Part shown: positions 10,504-20,031 of the stretch, piece after piece | Numbering within the stretch: the first letter of the stretch is position 1 | Layout: each line of letters begins with the position of its first letter | IMG/VR virus record: IMGVR_UViG_3300030329_006380 | Span: 32,001-96,000 of that record | Direction: 5' to 3' (one strand) | Origin: a virus | DNA length: 64,000 nt | The notes under the pieces: model-generated | The model's database searches: none | Told to the model about the DNA's origin: nothing | Seen by the model: only the letters and a program-made list of their open reading frames with translations | Program-made: the position numbers and the translations under genes

Positions 10504-10842
10504 CTAATGAATCGGATACAATAATCCGGTTTCTTTTTCAAAAGCTTCTATTGCGCGATTCAATTCATATTTACTGCGAAAAGTATTGGGATTTAATAAA
10601 CCAAATTTCTTAAAAGAATTTGCATATTTTTTCTCTTTTGCCAATACACTCATAAATGCCGCTATTTCATTTCTCGACCCTCGAACAGTAAGGGGAACAG
10701 GCTTTTGGTCGAACATAATACCCAAAACATTTTCCATGGCGGCTCCAAACATTCTCAAGAAACTTTCATCCAATCTCTTGCTTTTCAGCGCTTCTAGGTC
10801 GATAATCAGGGGCTGTATTTTCTCTTCGTGAAGTTTTTTCAT
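10504..10842 (-). CDS. Hypothetical protein upstream of the tape measure gene (112 aa)
   Basis: Start refined to ATG at 10842, 8 nt from SD AGGAG (10851-10855); preceded by a terminator and the conserved motif. Confidence 0.8.
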   Translation of the reverse strand: MKKLHEEKIQPLIIDLEALKSKRLDESFLRMFGAAMENVLGIMFDQKPVPLTVRGSRNEIAAFMSVLAKEKKYANSFKKFGLLNPNTFRSKYELNRAIEAFEKETGLLYPIH

Positions 10843-10872
10843 TATTTTCACTCCTTAGGTATATCTCTTTCT

Positions 10873-10880
10873 TAAATAGT
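10873..10880 (-). promoter_or_regulatory. Putative late promoter motif ACTATTTA
   Basis: taaatagt on +; intergenic, immediately after a terminator. Confidence 0.65.
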
Positions 10881-10884
10881 GTTT

Positions 10885-10919
10885 AAAAAAAAATAAGGCC
10901 GGCTAGTGGCCGGCCTTAT
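10885..10919 (-). terminator. Intrinsic terminator
   Basis: Perfect 11-bp stem ATAAGGCCGGC/GCCGGCCTTAT with a 5-nt loop, followed by a U-tract on the minus strand (A9 on +). Confidence 0.9.
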
Positions 10920-10925
10920 ATAAAA

Positions 10926-11132
10926 TCATCTTTTTGCTTTCTTCATTGCATCTTCTGAGGCCTTGTTTTCATCTTCAATTTGCTTAACCAACCTCTGTAG
11001 AAACCATCGTCTAATAACAATTGGAAGATTATAAGCTTCAAAAAAGCTCCAGCCACCATAATATTTTAATAAGAAAAATTCTTCGTATACTGCTTCTATA
11101 TATTTATCACTTAGGCCAAAAAAATTCCGCAT
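10926..11132 (-). CDS. Small tail/baseplate assembly chaperone partner (gp51-like or GT-like C-terminal part)
   Basis: 68 aa, YEEFFLLKYYGGWSFFEAYNLPIVIRRWFLQRL; overlaps the end of the upstream chaperone in the +1 frame; SD GGAGGT 8 nt before ATG. Confidence 0.7.
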   Translation of the reverse strand: MRNFFGLSDKYIEAVYEEFFLLKYYGGWSFFEAYNLPIVIRRWFLQRLVKQIEDENKASEDAMKKAKR

Positions 11133-11973
11133 TCAGCGGAACCTCCAGTATGGTTTCTGAACCACAGTGTTCGCAAAGAAATTCATGACTCATATCAATT
11201 GTCGGCATTGAAGCCTCGTAGGCTTCCCTTAAAAATCTAGAATCACGGGCCGGCATCACATTGATAAAATTACTAATTAATCCAGGCCTCTCGTCGCCGT
11301 TAACAGATACGATAAGCGATTTAAATAAATCAGTAACAATTGATTCTGGTAGTTTATTCTTCTTTTTTCTAGTCACCATTGAAGATATTTTCTTCTCATC
11401 GTTGCCTCGCAAAAGTCTGAACTTCACTTCCACGCCCGAAATTGGCAATTTCAATAAAAAATACCCTTCTGGGTCAACCTTGAGGCCATAAGAGTCATAA
11501 TCCTCTGCATGGTTAATTGGACATAAAAGTAAATTAAAATCATATTCACTGACTCCTGCACATGATGGGCATGTAACTTTTGTCTCATATGATTCTCCAT
11601 ATCCAGTAATTCTTGCTGCGATCATTAAAGCGTTTTTATCGCCAACTAACATATCGTCTAGACGAATGGATTTATCCATTATAATATTTTGCAAGAAACG
11701 GTCAATCGCAACCCCTTTCTTTAAAAGAGTTTTAGAAGACAATATATCTTCATCTTTCGCAATCATATACCTTATCTCTATACTTTCTCTGCCGTGTAAA
11801 GGATGGCCCTCGGGATAATATCTCCCGCGAGAAGGAAGCTCAACAAATTGTGTCGGTAATGTAAAAGAAAAAGCATGTTCTTGTTCGGGCTTATCTTGTA
11901 CGATGGGGGGAATAGGTAAATCCGGTGCAAAATCCTTCACACCGGATCTCTCTTCATTATTTCTCCTAGTCAT
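11107..11973 (-). CDS. Baseplate hub/tail assembly chaperone (T4 gp26-like)
   Basis: VELPSRG, IAKDEDILSS, GDKNALMIAARITGYG, two CxxC pairs (CPSC, CEHC); directly after the tube gene. Confidence 0.7.
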   Translation of the reverse strand: MTRRNNEERSGVKDFAPDLPIPPIVQDKPEQEHAFSFTLPTQFVELPSRGRYYPEGHPLHGRESIEIRYMIAKDEDILSSKTLLKKGVAIDRFLQNIIMDKSIRLDDMLVGDKNALMIAARITGYGESYETKVTCPSCAGVSEYDFNLLLCPINHAEDYDSYGLKVDPEGYFLLKLPISGVEVKFRLLRGNDEKKISSMVTRKKKNKLPESIVTDLFKSLIVSVNGDERPGLISNFINVMPARDSRFLREAYEASMPTIDMSHEFLCEHCGSETILEVPLNAEFFWPK

Positions 11974-11995
11974 TTTAACCTCTTAGTTATTGTTT

Positions 11996-12499
11996 TTAGC
12001 CCAAAGAATACTTGGCATAATCATAACGAAGAGTAAGTGTAAGATCAACCATACCTTCGCCTTCATAATCCAACTCTCCCAATGCAGCCTTTTGAATCCA
12101 AGCATTGTAGATAGTGAATCGATTATTTGTTTGGCCTTCGGGTGTCAATTCATGGATCGTCATCTGTCCAAAGGAATTAACAGCTAGAGCTTTACTAATT
12201 GTACTTCGGACATTGGGGTTTTCCGGAAAGAAATACCCTGCTTGCTGTAATTTAAAATAGAGCTTAGCGGTGGAATCAGCGGCACCACCGGGATCAACAA
12301 TTGTAAGATCTATAGCATCCCAAGTCACTCGACCAGGATACCAAAAGCTGTGGTTTAAAAATTTATGCTCGGTCTCACCCACCGTAAAGGAAGGGCGGGT
12401 GACCTTTTTAGCGATCCAGTGATCAAAGTCTTCAACATAGACAACCCAACGATGTTGTCTTTTCGGTTCAATAGCAGGGTTCGCCCAGAAATTAGACAT
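11996..12499 (-). CDS. Tail tube protein (gp19-like)
   Basis: EPKRQHRW, KVTRPSF, YPGRVTWDAIDLT, GELDYE...LTLRYDYA; follows the sheath gene. Confidence 0.88.
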   Translation of the reverse strand: MSNFWANPAIEPKRQHRWVVYVEDFDHWIAKKVTRPSFTVGETEHKFLNHSFWYPGRVTWDAIDLTIVDPGGAADSTAKLYFKLQQAGYFFPENPNVRSTISKALAVNSFGQMTIHELTPEGQTNNRFTIYNAWIQKAALGELDYEGEGMVDLTLTLRYDYAKYSLG

Positions 12500-12527
12500 A
12501 TCTTTATCTCCTATAAGTGCCTCAAAT

Positions 12528-12535
12528 TAATTAGT
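12528..12535 (-). promoter_or_regulatory. Putative late promoter motif ACTAATTA
   Basis: taattagt on +, 29 nt upstream of the tube start. Confidence 0.6.
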
Positions 12536-12547
12536 AGACACTTAACT

Positions 12548-15469
12548 TTATTCTAGAAAATCAGCGCCAGTGTTTGTAATCACAAAATCAAGCGCGATAA
12601 ATTCAATTGATCTAGCGGGTTTGAGGTATACCTTGGCATACATGATATTTCTATCAACCATATCCGCTGTTGTGGTTGTCTCATCCAAGACAACCAAGAA
12701 ATCAGACAAACCAAATCTAATCTTAACATTGGTCAAGAAGGGATTAACTCTGCCCAAAAATCTGTTCCATGTTGCTTGTACATTTTGATCAAAGAGAATG
12801 TCTTTCGCCATTCTGGAGATAATTCTCTTGACAAAGATCATCAAACGTCTAACATTAATTCTATCCAAGGCAGATGGTGTTACCTGTAGGGTCTTTTGTC
12901 CAAAGACCACAATGCCTTCTGCGGGGAAAGAAGCAATCGGGTTAATGTTTTTCTCATAAAGCCTGTCTCTTTCCTTAGAAGTCAATCTCTGACGAACACC
13001 AACAACATTCAAGCCGCCTGCACCCAAGCTAAGACCACCACGATTAAAACCAGCGGGGGCAAACCAAAGCTCAGAGCGTACTTCACTACTTCCCATTACA
13101 CCCAAAGCAATGACTGATGGCGGAATCCACACATTGTTACCAGAAATTGTATCTCTGATTTGTACCCATGGGTAATATGCGCATCCATATGAAGAATTAA
13201 TTGCTCGGGCATCTAAACTAGAAATCACTGAGTTTACGGATCCTATTCTATCTGCCTCCGCGCTAGTGCTCTCTGTAGAGGGGGTATAGTCATTCAAAAG
13301 GTCGATAATTGCCATAGAATCTGTTCTAGAGTCGCAAATATCAATCATTCTCTGTGTTAATGATTTCTGCCTAATTCCTGGAGCGACAAGCAGGTTCATT
13401 TCAACATCTTCCGGATCGGCAACAGTATCTAGTGCACGCTTGACAGTGTGATATGCATAGTTTGTTTTCTCAACGGCACTTTCAACCAACACGTGGTTAC
13501 CAAAAGGCTCTTGCTCAAGAATATCCAAACCATCAGCGCCGCCCAGAACCGGCAAAGTAAATCTATCAAACCCTGCATCGAGAGTTCCTGTGACACCAAA
13601 AACAGCGGTATAAGATGTGCCAGCGGCTCGGGATCCTTCATTGTAATCGCCATGTGTTGCGCTAGTTGATGTATTGTCGGCGCTTCCGGAAACATTATCC
13701 AAGGTGAAGTAAAAAGAATACTCTTGATATGTGGAGTCCGGATACGATTTATCGCCAGTAGTACCCTGTATTCCTTTTGGCGCCGGAGCAGTAATATCAC
13801 CATAGCTTTCATTAAACCTAGTTTCAGTCCCAGTAAGAATCGTCGTGATACCCCAGTAGGTATCCTCTGGTTTATTGACGGATACTCCCGTTTCTCGGGT
13901 ACCCATTCTCAAAGGAAGTGTGGGGAACTGAAATTTAGCTTTCCATGCAGTGGTATACTCGCTAAATTTAATATATACAAAGTCGCCAATTGGCTCATCA
14001 GTTGCCAATGTTGTAAATCCGGGAATAGATCCGGTGCCAACAACAAATTGACTTGCGCCTGCTGCTGCATAATCATGATATTTTTTCGGAGTTGAAGATC
14101 CGCTAACGACACCAAAGCCCAGCATCCTAGGTGGCCCATAGAATCCAAAGGGGATCAAGGCCTTATTGATGCCGCCGTTTCTGACTCTTTCGTCCACATC
14201 AACTCTAAAGTATTTGGAATAATTTCGATAATCACCAATCAGTCTATGGGTTCTCTCTGACTCAACCCATGTTAAATATTGATCGCCAATCTTTTTACAA
14301 ATATAGTTGTCAGAGTTTGGATTAAGATTACAGTTTGAATATCGCTCCACAACTTTTTGTGCAGTATCCAGATCATCAACTTTTCGTATTACAACCGAAA
14401 AAGTGCCATATGGATCATAAGGGCTCCTAGAAGCTCGAATATCCTGTATCGATACCTTAAGGTTTCTGGAGGGCCATGCGCCGCCATTTAACGACACCAA
14501 TCTAAACAATTTCTGTACATTAGTGAACGTTTCGCTAAAATCGGTTGCATCGCCAACATGCTGAGAGACGATCCATGGAGTGGCGGCATTATGCCTAGCG
14601 TATTGATGATTTGCTTGCTCAGCAACTGCCGAACCAGAAGTCTGGAGTCCCAAGATTATACCAATCTGAGTTGATCCCGTGCATCTGGTTTTAACATCAT
14701 TTTCGAACGTCTCACCCAACCAGTAATACTTTTTGTCTGACACAACATCGGCATTTGTCAAAGTTGGATTGGTGTTGAAAACCTTTCGAATAAACTTTTT
14801 ATCATTTGGGTCAAAGTTAAACTCAATATTCTCAGTAGCAGAACTGTGATATACTGACGCAACAAAAGTATTTGGCTTCCCAGAGACACTCAATATTGGA
14901 GTGGCAGTTGCCGTTTTATCTGTGTCTCGGTCTATTCTAGTGCCCTTAAGTGCTGTATATCCCTCGCCATGATAAAAAATAGCTGCCAAGGTGCCAGTAA
15001 TATATCCCTGATCTGTTATTGCCGCGGCAGAACCCGAGTCGACAATAAATAATCCATAGGCACCGCCGCCAGTAGTATCAAGAAGATTTGCGACACCAGA
15101 AGAATTGCGAGTTTGCCAGCCAGCCAGTCCATTTCCAGTGGCACCAGTGTCCTGTTCGCCCAAAAGACGAATCATCGTAACAGGGCCATTTGACCTCAAA
15201 TAAGCTTGTGCTGCATACGCTGCATAGGTTGGCCCAATTGAATTTCCATCGCGCCATTGATCACCCCCACCTGCACCGGCAATAGGCTCTCCAAAAGTTT
15301 CAACAAATTCTGAAAAGGAGTTAACCAAATGTGGAACCATTCCAGGACCCTTTTCGGTTCGGCCAATAATAACCGGTCCAGGAAAAGGTGAGGAAGCGGG
15401 TAACTGCGAGTTGTCGATTTCTTTTAAGAAAATCCCTGGGGATGAGAATTTAAACTGTCTTTCAGCCAT
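12548..15469 (-). CDS. Tail sheath protein (gp18-like), 973 aa
   Basis: N-terminal FSSPGIFLKEIDNS; C-terminal YYPWV, WFAPAGFNRG, INPIASFP, FGQKTLQ, RINVRRL, YLKPARSIEFIALDF. Confidence 0.95.
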   Translation of the reverse strand: MAERQFKFSSPGIFLKEIDNSQLPASSPFPGPVIIGRTEKGPGMVPHLVNSFSEFVETFGEPIAGAGGGDQWRDGNSIGPTYAAYAAQAYLRSNGPVTMIRLLGEQDTGATGNGLAGWQTRNSSGVANLLDTTGGGAYGLFIVDSGSAAAITDQGYITGTLAAIFYHGEGYTALKGTRIDRDTDKTATATPILSVSGKPNTFVASVYHSSATENIEFNFDPNDKKFIRKVFNTNPTLTNADVVSDKKYYWLGETFENDVKTRCTGSTQIGIILGLQTSGSAVAEQANHQYARHNAATPWIVSQHVGDATDFSETFTNVQKLFRLVSLNGGAWPSRNLKVSIQDIRASRSPYDPYGTFSVVIRKVDDLDTAQKVVERYSNCNLNPNSDNYICKKIGDQYLTWVESERTHRLIGDYRNYSKYFRVDVDERVRNGGINKALIPFGFYGPPRMLGFGVVSGSSTPKKYHDYAAAGASQFVVGTGSIPGFTTLATDEPIGDFVYIKFSEYTTAWKAKFQFPTLPLRMGTRETGVSVNKPEDTYWGITTILTGTETRFNESYGDITAPAPKGIQGTTGDKSYPDSTYQEYSFYFTLDNVSGSADNTSTSATHGDYNEGSRAAGTSYTAVFGVTGTLDAGFDRFTLPVLGGADGLDILEQEPFGNHVLVESAVEKTNYAYHTVKRALDTVADPEDVEMNLLVAPGIRQKSLTQRMIDICDSRTDSMAIIDLLNDYTPSTESTSAEADRIGSVNSVISSLDARAINSSYGCAYYPWVQIRDTISGNNVWIPPSVIALGVMGSSEVRSELWFAPAGFNRGGLSLGAGGLNVVGVRQRLTSKERDRLYEKNINPIASFPAEGIVVFGQKTLQVTPSALDRINVRRLMIFVKRIISRMAKDILFDQNVQATWNRFLGRVNPFLTNVKIRFGLSDFLVVLDETTTTADMVDRNIMYAKVYLKPARSIEFIALDFVITNTGADFLE

Positions 15470-15529
15470 TTGAATTTATCTCCTTAATTTTAAACGTATA
15501 ACACGATAAAAACTATATATTTTCTAGAG

Positions 15530-15537
15530 TAAATAGT
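15530..15537 (-). promoter_or_regulatory. Putative late promoter motif ACTATTTA
   Basis: taaatagt on +, 61 nt upstream of the sheath start. Confidence 0.65.
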
Positions 15538-15562
15538 TTATCATAAGAGCAAACACCATTTA

Positions 15563-16420
15563 TTACTCTCTATAAAACCCTTTTTTCCCAATATGGTCCT
15601 GTATATCGCCTAATATTACGCGCTCGCGAGGTATTTTGACCTCTACGGCATTTTCCCTAATTACCATCTTGGGCGCCTTTTGGTTCTTGTCACTACCAAT
15701 TAAATACGCCAGAACTTTAAATGATATAGTTGTTTTATATTGCCTTTCTGCTACTTCTAGTGTCGCAATATTATTGTCTTGCTTATAATCCCCGTCAACA
15801 AAAACTTCGTAGGAATGGCCATTTTTTCTTACTACCTCCTGAGAGGCTCGGCCGGGGATTGCTATGAATGGAATTACTATTTCATTAATTTGTTGTTGAT
15901 ATTCCGCTATTACAGATAAACTATAATTAACCTCAACGAAGACCGGGTTGGGTATTGTTATTGTTTCATAAACAACCTTTTCATTCGGCCTATTTCTGTT
16001 TCTAAAGTTTCTTTGATTATACAATCTCTTGGAATCGGCATTAGCAAAATTTGAAGTCTTTTTTTGATTTATTCTTCGAGCAATCGTTATTGAACCTTGT
16101 TTTTCGTCTTTCACTCCGGGAATATTCGAATACATCATATTGCCTGCACTTTTATCTCTTGTCAGCGACACTCGCTCAAGGGTCATAATAGGTAAATTTA
16201 TCGATCCAGAGGGAGTCATCAACTCTTTATTATGCTTTCTCTGATATGCTCTCTCAGATGAGATCCATACAACCGGCACCTTTTTGAATCCATCTCGGGT
16301 GGTACAATGTATATCAAACCTCTGATCAATATGTTCAAACATTGCTGTATCGATACCTTCAATTGTCGAAGGTTGAAATGGTATTTCTCTTAATTTAAGT
16401 TTTTTATTATTAGCTTGCAT
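15563..16420 (-). CDS. Tail completion/sheath terminator (gp15-like)
   Basis: KVPVVWISSERA, INLPIMTLERVS, PNPVFVEVNYSLSV motifs; between neck and sheath genes; start refined to ATG at 16420 (SD AAGGA). Confidence 0.6.
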   Translation of the reverse strand: MQANNKKLKLREIPFQPSTIEGIDTAMFEHIDQRFDIHCTTRDGFKKVPVVWISSERAYQRKHNKELMTPSGSINLPIMTLERVSLTRDKSAGNMMYSNIPGVKDEKQGSITIARRINQKKTSNFANADSKRLYNQRNFRNRNRPNEKVVYETITIPNPVFVEVNYSLSVIAEYQQQINEIVIPFIAIPGRASQEVVRKNGHSYEVFVDGDYKQDNNIATLEVAERQYKTTISFKVLAYLIGSDKNQKAPKMVIRENAVEVKIPRERVILGDIQDHIGKKGFYRE

Positions 16421-16895
16421 CAAATAATCCTTTTCTCGAAAGAATACATTTTGCAGAAATTTCAAAACGATGTTCAATTTGTCCAAATAATTGTTTAGGT
16501 TCTGAAAGAGAAACGATTTCAAAATACAAATCACCATACAACACAAAATCACCTTCTCTTACGAATAAATCCTGATCTTCTGTCAATCTTCTTTTATGGA
16601 AGTTAACTGTTATTTCGGATTTCCTATCCAAGGCACCATTGGACATCCATGAGGTTTCAAAGTTATCCCATGCAATCAATGCATATACGCGCACCGGTGG
16701 CAAAAATGTTTTTTTCATTGCTTCACCATAAATTGGGTGAAAATTCGTATGTTCTAGATCAATCGAATAATAAAGAATTTGCTGGCCAATGACTCTCTCA
16801 ATTAACTCATCATTAACTTGCTTAACGAGATTCCTCTCTTTCTCTCCTAAGAATAAAGGAGGTGGTGGCTGATCTGGCTGTTCCCACTCGGACAT
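16410..16895 (-). CDS. Neck/head-closure protein (gp14-like)
   Basis: GQQILYYSID...HPIYGEA, VREGDFVLYGDLYFEI; follows the gp13-like gene. Confidence 0.7.
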   Translation of the reverse strand: MSEWEQPDQPPPPLFLGEKERNLVKQVNDELIERVIGQQILYYSIDLEHTNFHPIYGEAMKKTFLPPVRVYALIAWDNFETSWMSNGALDRKSEITVNFHKRRLTEDQDLFVREGDFVLYGDLYFEIVSLSEPKQLFGQIEHRFEISAKCILSRKGLFDAS

Positions 16896-16908
16896 TCATT
16901 TTTCTCCT

Positions 16909-18183
16909 TTATCCAACAAATACCGAAACCGGTACCTGCTGTATAACTTTATTAACAGAATCTGCCATAGCGGCTTCGCTCTCAGAAAGTTTTTGGTATG
17001 TCATTTCATCTAGCATTGTCTTAAGTTCTTCGCGCAACTTTTCTTGCTCTTCTTTTGCTTGCGAAAATAAATCCGAGGCATTCAAAGTAACTGATTCTCC
17101 GGGTATCGGGACAGTTTGAAATTTCCCCCTAATTTGCCCCAGCGTTTCTTTACTTAAGGCCAAAGCAAACCTCCGAATCCATTGCTTTCCTATACTATTA
17201 ATATTAGCATATGGGATATTTGCAAATGGTATCGTATTCATGTTATTGATGCCATCAACGCCAGTTGTTCTATCTGAGTCATCATCCCATGCGTCTGTTT
17301 GGACTGAAAACTCCACCCACATTTTAGTTGGTTGTACTCGATTTGTCGAGGGGAATATCCTTAATTTATTATTTTTTATCTCATATGAATAATGCGAAAT
17401 TCTTGTATATAATGAATCCTCGAATGCCATGGCTTGCAATTTATTCTGCCATGCTGGGATTACTTCAAAGCTTGAATCGTCTGTATACTGTCCATAGCTG
17501 AACATATTGCCGATAACATTTAACCCGCCATAATACCCAAAAAACCGCCACATTGCTTGCGGAGTTTTATAATACACTTTTTTAATAAATATTTTTTTAT
17601 TGCCAATTTTATTATCGCCCAAATTTGAATCAGAATACGGTAGCGATGATGTGGCAAACGCAGAGGAAGATATAATTGTCTGCAAGTCATAATCCTGCTG
17701 ATTAACAACCGTGTTGAAAGAAGCAGAGTATATAGTTTCGTTGCCACCTAAACCAATTTCCGCTTCAACACCCTCAGAAAAGCGGCGCGCATATTCAAAT
17801 CTCACTTTTGGGAACTTCAAAGCAACGCCAGTTGGGCCCGAACTTATCTCACCCTTATGGTCAAAGGTCCCAGTTGTGTTTCCTAGAACGTTCGATAAAA
17901 CATTTTTTGATTGATGTAGATTAACAATGTAAGAGTATTCCAAGCACGACTCTTCATATGCTGAATATATGTTCCCCTTCGTTAGCTCAATGTCCAGTAC
18001 ATCTCCACCTAATTTTTTATAAGTATAGGCGACTTGTTTGAGTGCGCCAGTGAAAAACTCCGTACTCGATGTGTAGACCCCAAATGGCAAACTGGCTTCT
18101 ATAGTAGCTTGTGCATCAGAGCTAGTCACCGGTAAAGTAATCGCGCTAGTGGTGCTTGCTGGCGTAAGTGTTGGATGGGACAT
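16909..18183 (-). CDS. Neck/head-tail adaptor protein (gp13-like)
   Basis: YKKLGGDVLDIEL, WIRRFALALSKETLGQIRGKF, VTLNASDLFSQAKEEQEKL; first gene after the capsid gene. Confidence 0.7.
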   Translation of the reverse strand: MSHPTLTPASTTSAITLPVTSSDAQATIEASLPFGVYTSSTEFFTGALKQVAYTYKKLGGDVLDIELTKGNIYSAYEESCLEYSYIVNLHQSKNVLSNVLGNTTGTFDHKGEISSGPTGVALKFPKVRFEYARRFSEGVEAEIGLGGNETIYSASFNTVVNQQDYDLQTIISSSAFATSSLPYSDSNLGDNKIGNKKIFIKKVYYKTPQAMWRFFGYYGGLNVIGNMFSYGQYTDDSSFEVIPAWQNKLQAMAFEDSLYTRISHYSYEIKNNKLRIFPSTNRVQPTKMWVEFSVQTDAWDDDSDRTTGVDGINNMNTIPFANIPYANINSIGKQWIRRFALALSKETLGQIRGKFQTVPIPGESVTLNASDLFSQAKEEQEKLREELKTMLDEMTYQKLSESEAAMADSVNKVIQQVPVSVFVG

Positions 18184-18201
18184 AATATTCTCTCCTCACA
18201 G

Positions 18202-18209
18202 TAAGTAGT
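18202..18209 (-). promoter_or_regulatory. Putative late promoter motif ACTACTTA
   Basis: taagtagt on +, 19 nt upstream of the neck gene, directly after the capsid terminator. Confidence 0.65.
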
Positions 18210-18211
18210 TT

Positions 18212-18260
18212 AAAAAATACAAAACCCCACCTCAAACTGGTCAAGGCGGGGTTTTTGTAT
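18212..18260 (-). terminator. Intrinsic terminator after the major capsid gene
   Basis: Minus-strand RNA AAAACCCCGCCU-(11 nt)-AGGUGGGGUUUU (12-bp stem, one G-U pair) followed by GUAUUUUUU. Confidence 0.88.
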
Positions 18261-18279
18261 GATCAAAGATCAATCAGGA

Positions 18280-20016
18280 TTAGCCAAGGAAGTCCTTGAT
18301 GACGACCAAACCGTACATGTCAGGACGAACCATCTTCTTAGCATACCGAGTCATGACTCCCTTACGGGGCACGAAGTCCTCGGTACCGAAGATCGTAGGA
18401 GTGACTTGCAGGGGGACGTAAGGAGCGTATACGTAGCCGCTTTCTAAGAAGCTTCCACCATTACGTCCAACAAGAACCACATTTCGTGGGAAATAGGGAT
18501 CAACATAGACATCCCACTTCTTACTGAGTGTACCTGCTTTCACGGCACCAGCAGTGCCGGCAGCATCGTCATGGGTCACACTGGCGCGGAAACCAGAAGT
18601 AAACTCAAGAAGGTTAGCTGTCTCGGGGCCAACAACAATAAAGTTTGCTCCACCCCTCAGCACCTTGCGGTGAATCTGAGCCGAAATATCATTGATAGTT
18701 TCGAGAAGAGTCTCGTACCATTCGCTAACAGTACCAGTGAAGTCTGCTCCGAGAAGCGATTCATTGGAAAAAGTACTGATGTCGGTACCAGTTCCACGAT
18801 CCACAAAACGACCTGGGCGACGTGACCAGTAATATGTTCCGGCGGTCGCGCCTTGGACGAGATCATTCAAGATTTCTCGATCAATTTCGAGCGCAATTTG
18901 CTCAGACAAAATACCAGTCAGTTCAACTTCGGCATCAAGGTTATGATAAGCGTTCAAGTCCTGACCAAGTTCCGGCGACCATTTAGCTTTGAGCTTCTTG
19001 GTAATCGCCGTGACTGCTACGCTGTCGACCTTAATGTCGATCTCGGGAATCTGATTTTTCCCATCGGTGACTGAGGCTCCAGTCTGTCCGCCTGCTGATA
19101 CGCCAGCTTCTTCAAGACCCCAATCAGATGCACCAACAACAGCACCAAGAGCATTGGCGGGGTTGAAGTTATCAACGATCGGATATGAAATAATATGTTC
19201 GTCCTGTGAGGTGGTCACCGCTGCGGCGGCGCCGTCGACGATGGTAAAGGTAACGGTTTTATCTGCACCGGTACCAGAAATCGATGTCAGACGCCTGACG
19301 AGCACGTCATCACCATCCAAATCTGTGATCTCAATAGCACCAAGCATATCTTCGTTGAAATTATACGTACCGGACATTATGCATGTAAGCTGTATAATTC
19401 CCTTGTCAGAATCAGCAGCTAAAAGATCCGGATCGTAACGAATAAGTTTTTTCTGTGCATCGGTCAAGGCACCAATCGTAGTAGCAGCAAAACCAGAGAC
19501 TGCGTTGAGTGTACAGGCAGCGGTAGAACCAGTAGGTGAAGAGTAAGCGTTGGCCATATTATAAAAGCCGCCACCCTCTTCAGTGACATCAGTGACACCG
19601 CCGGTCAAAGCACTAGCTACGACACCACCACCATAAAGGGAGTCGCCGGCATCAACGCCATGGCGACCAGTGGTTTGAGAACTGTAAGTAAAGTCCAGGA
19701 AGAAAATGAGGCCCGAGGGCAAGCTCATCGGCTGGACGGAAACGAGATCATTGGCAATCAATCCACCAAAGACCCTTCGAACGATTGGGAATGCAACGGC
19801 CGCAAAGCCTTCGACATCGCCAGCAGCCATGGAAGAAGCTTCACGAAGAAGCTCTTTGGCTTGATTTTCTAAAAGCAAAGACATACTCTGCTTGGTTCTT
19901 TCATCACCCAGACCTTCAAGAAGTCCGGTTTTTTCCCACTTATTAAGGATGGCTTCGCCTTCCTTTTGGACATTGCGATTAACAATACCCTCTGTCAATT
20001 TTTGTAAAATAGACAT
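18280..20016 (-). CDS. Major capsid protein (T4 gp23-like)
   Basis: KWEKTGLLEGL, LLENQAKEL, VSVQPMSLPSGLIFFLD, KKLKAKWSPELGQDLNAYH, GYVYAPYVPL, GVMTRYAKKMV; SD AAGGAGG. Confidence 0.97.
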   Translation of the reverse strand: MSILQKLTEGIVNRNVQKEGEAILNKWEKTGLLEGLGDERTKQSMSLLLENQAKELLREASSMAAGDVEGFAAVAFPIVRRVFGGLIANDLVSVQPMSLPSGLIFFLDFTYSSQTTGRHGVDAGDSLYGGGVVASALTGGVTDVTEEGGGFYNMANAYSSPTGSTAACTLNAVSGFAATTIGALTDAQKKLIRYDPDLLAADSDKGIIQLTCIMSGTYNFNEDMLGAIEITDLDGDDVLVRRLTSISGTGADKTVTFTIVDGAAAAVTTSQDEHIISYPIVDNFNPANALGAVVGASDWGLEEAGVSAGGQTGASVTDGKNQIPEIDIKVDSVAVTAITKKLKAKWSPELGQDLNAYHNLDAEVELTGILSEQIALEIDREILNDLVQGATAGTYYWSRRPGRFVDRGTGTDISTFSNESLLGADFTGTVSEWYETLLETINDISAQIHRKVLRGGANFIVVGPETANLLEFTSGFRASVTHDDAAGTAGAVKAGTLSKKWDVYVDPYFPRNVVLVGRNGGSFLESGYVYAPYVPLQVTPTIFGTEDFVPRKGVMTRYAKKMVRPDMYGLVVIKDFLG

Positions 20017-20031
20017 TTAGTTTCCTCCTTT

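Noticed and set aside
1786-15469. Interpretation as an eCIS, tailocin or T6SS locus
   Set aside because: Capsid, portal, protease and terminase are in the same operon, so this is a phage tail
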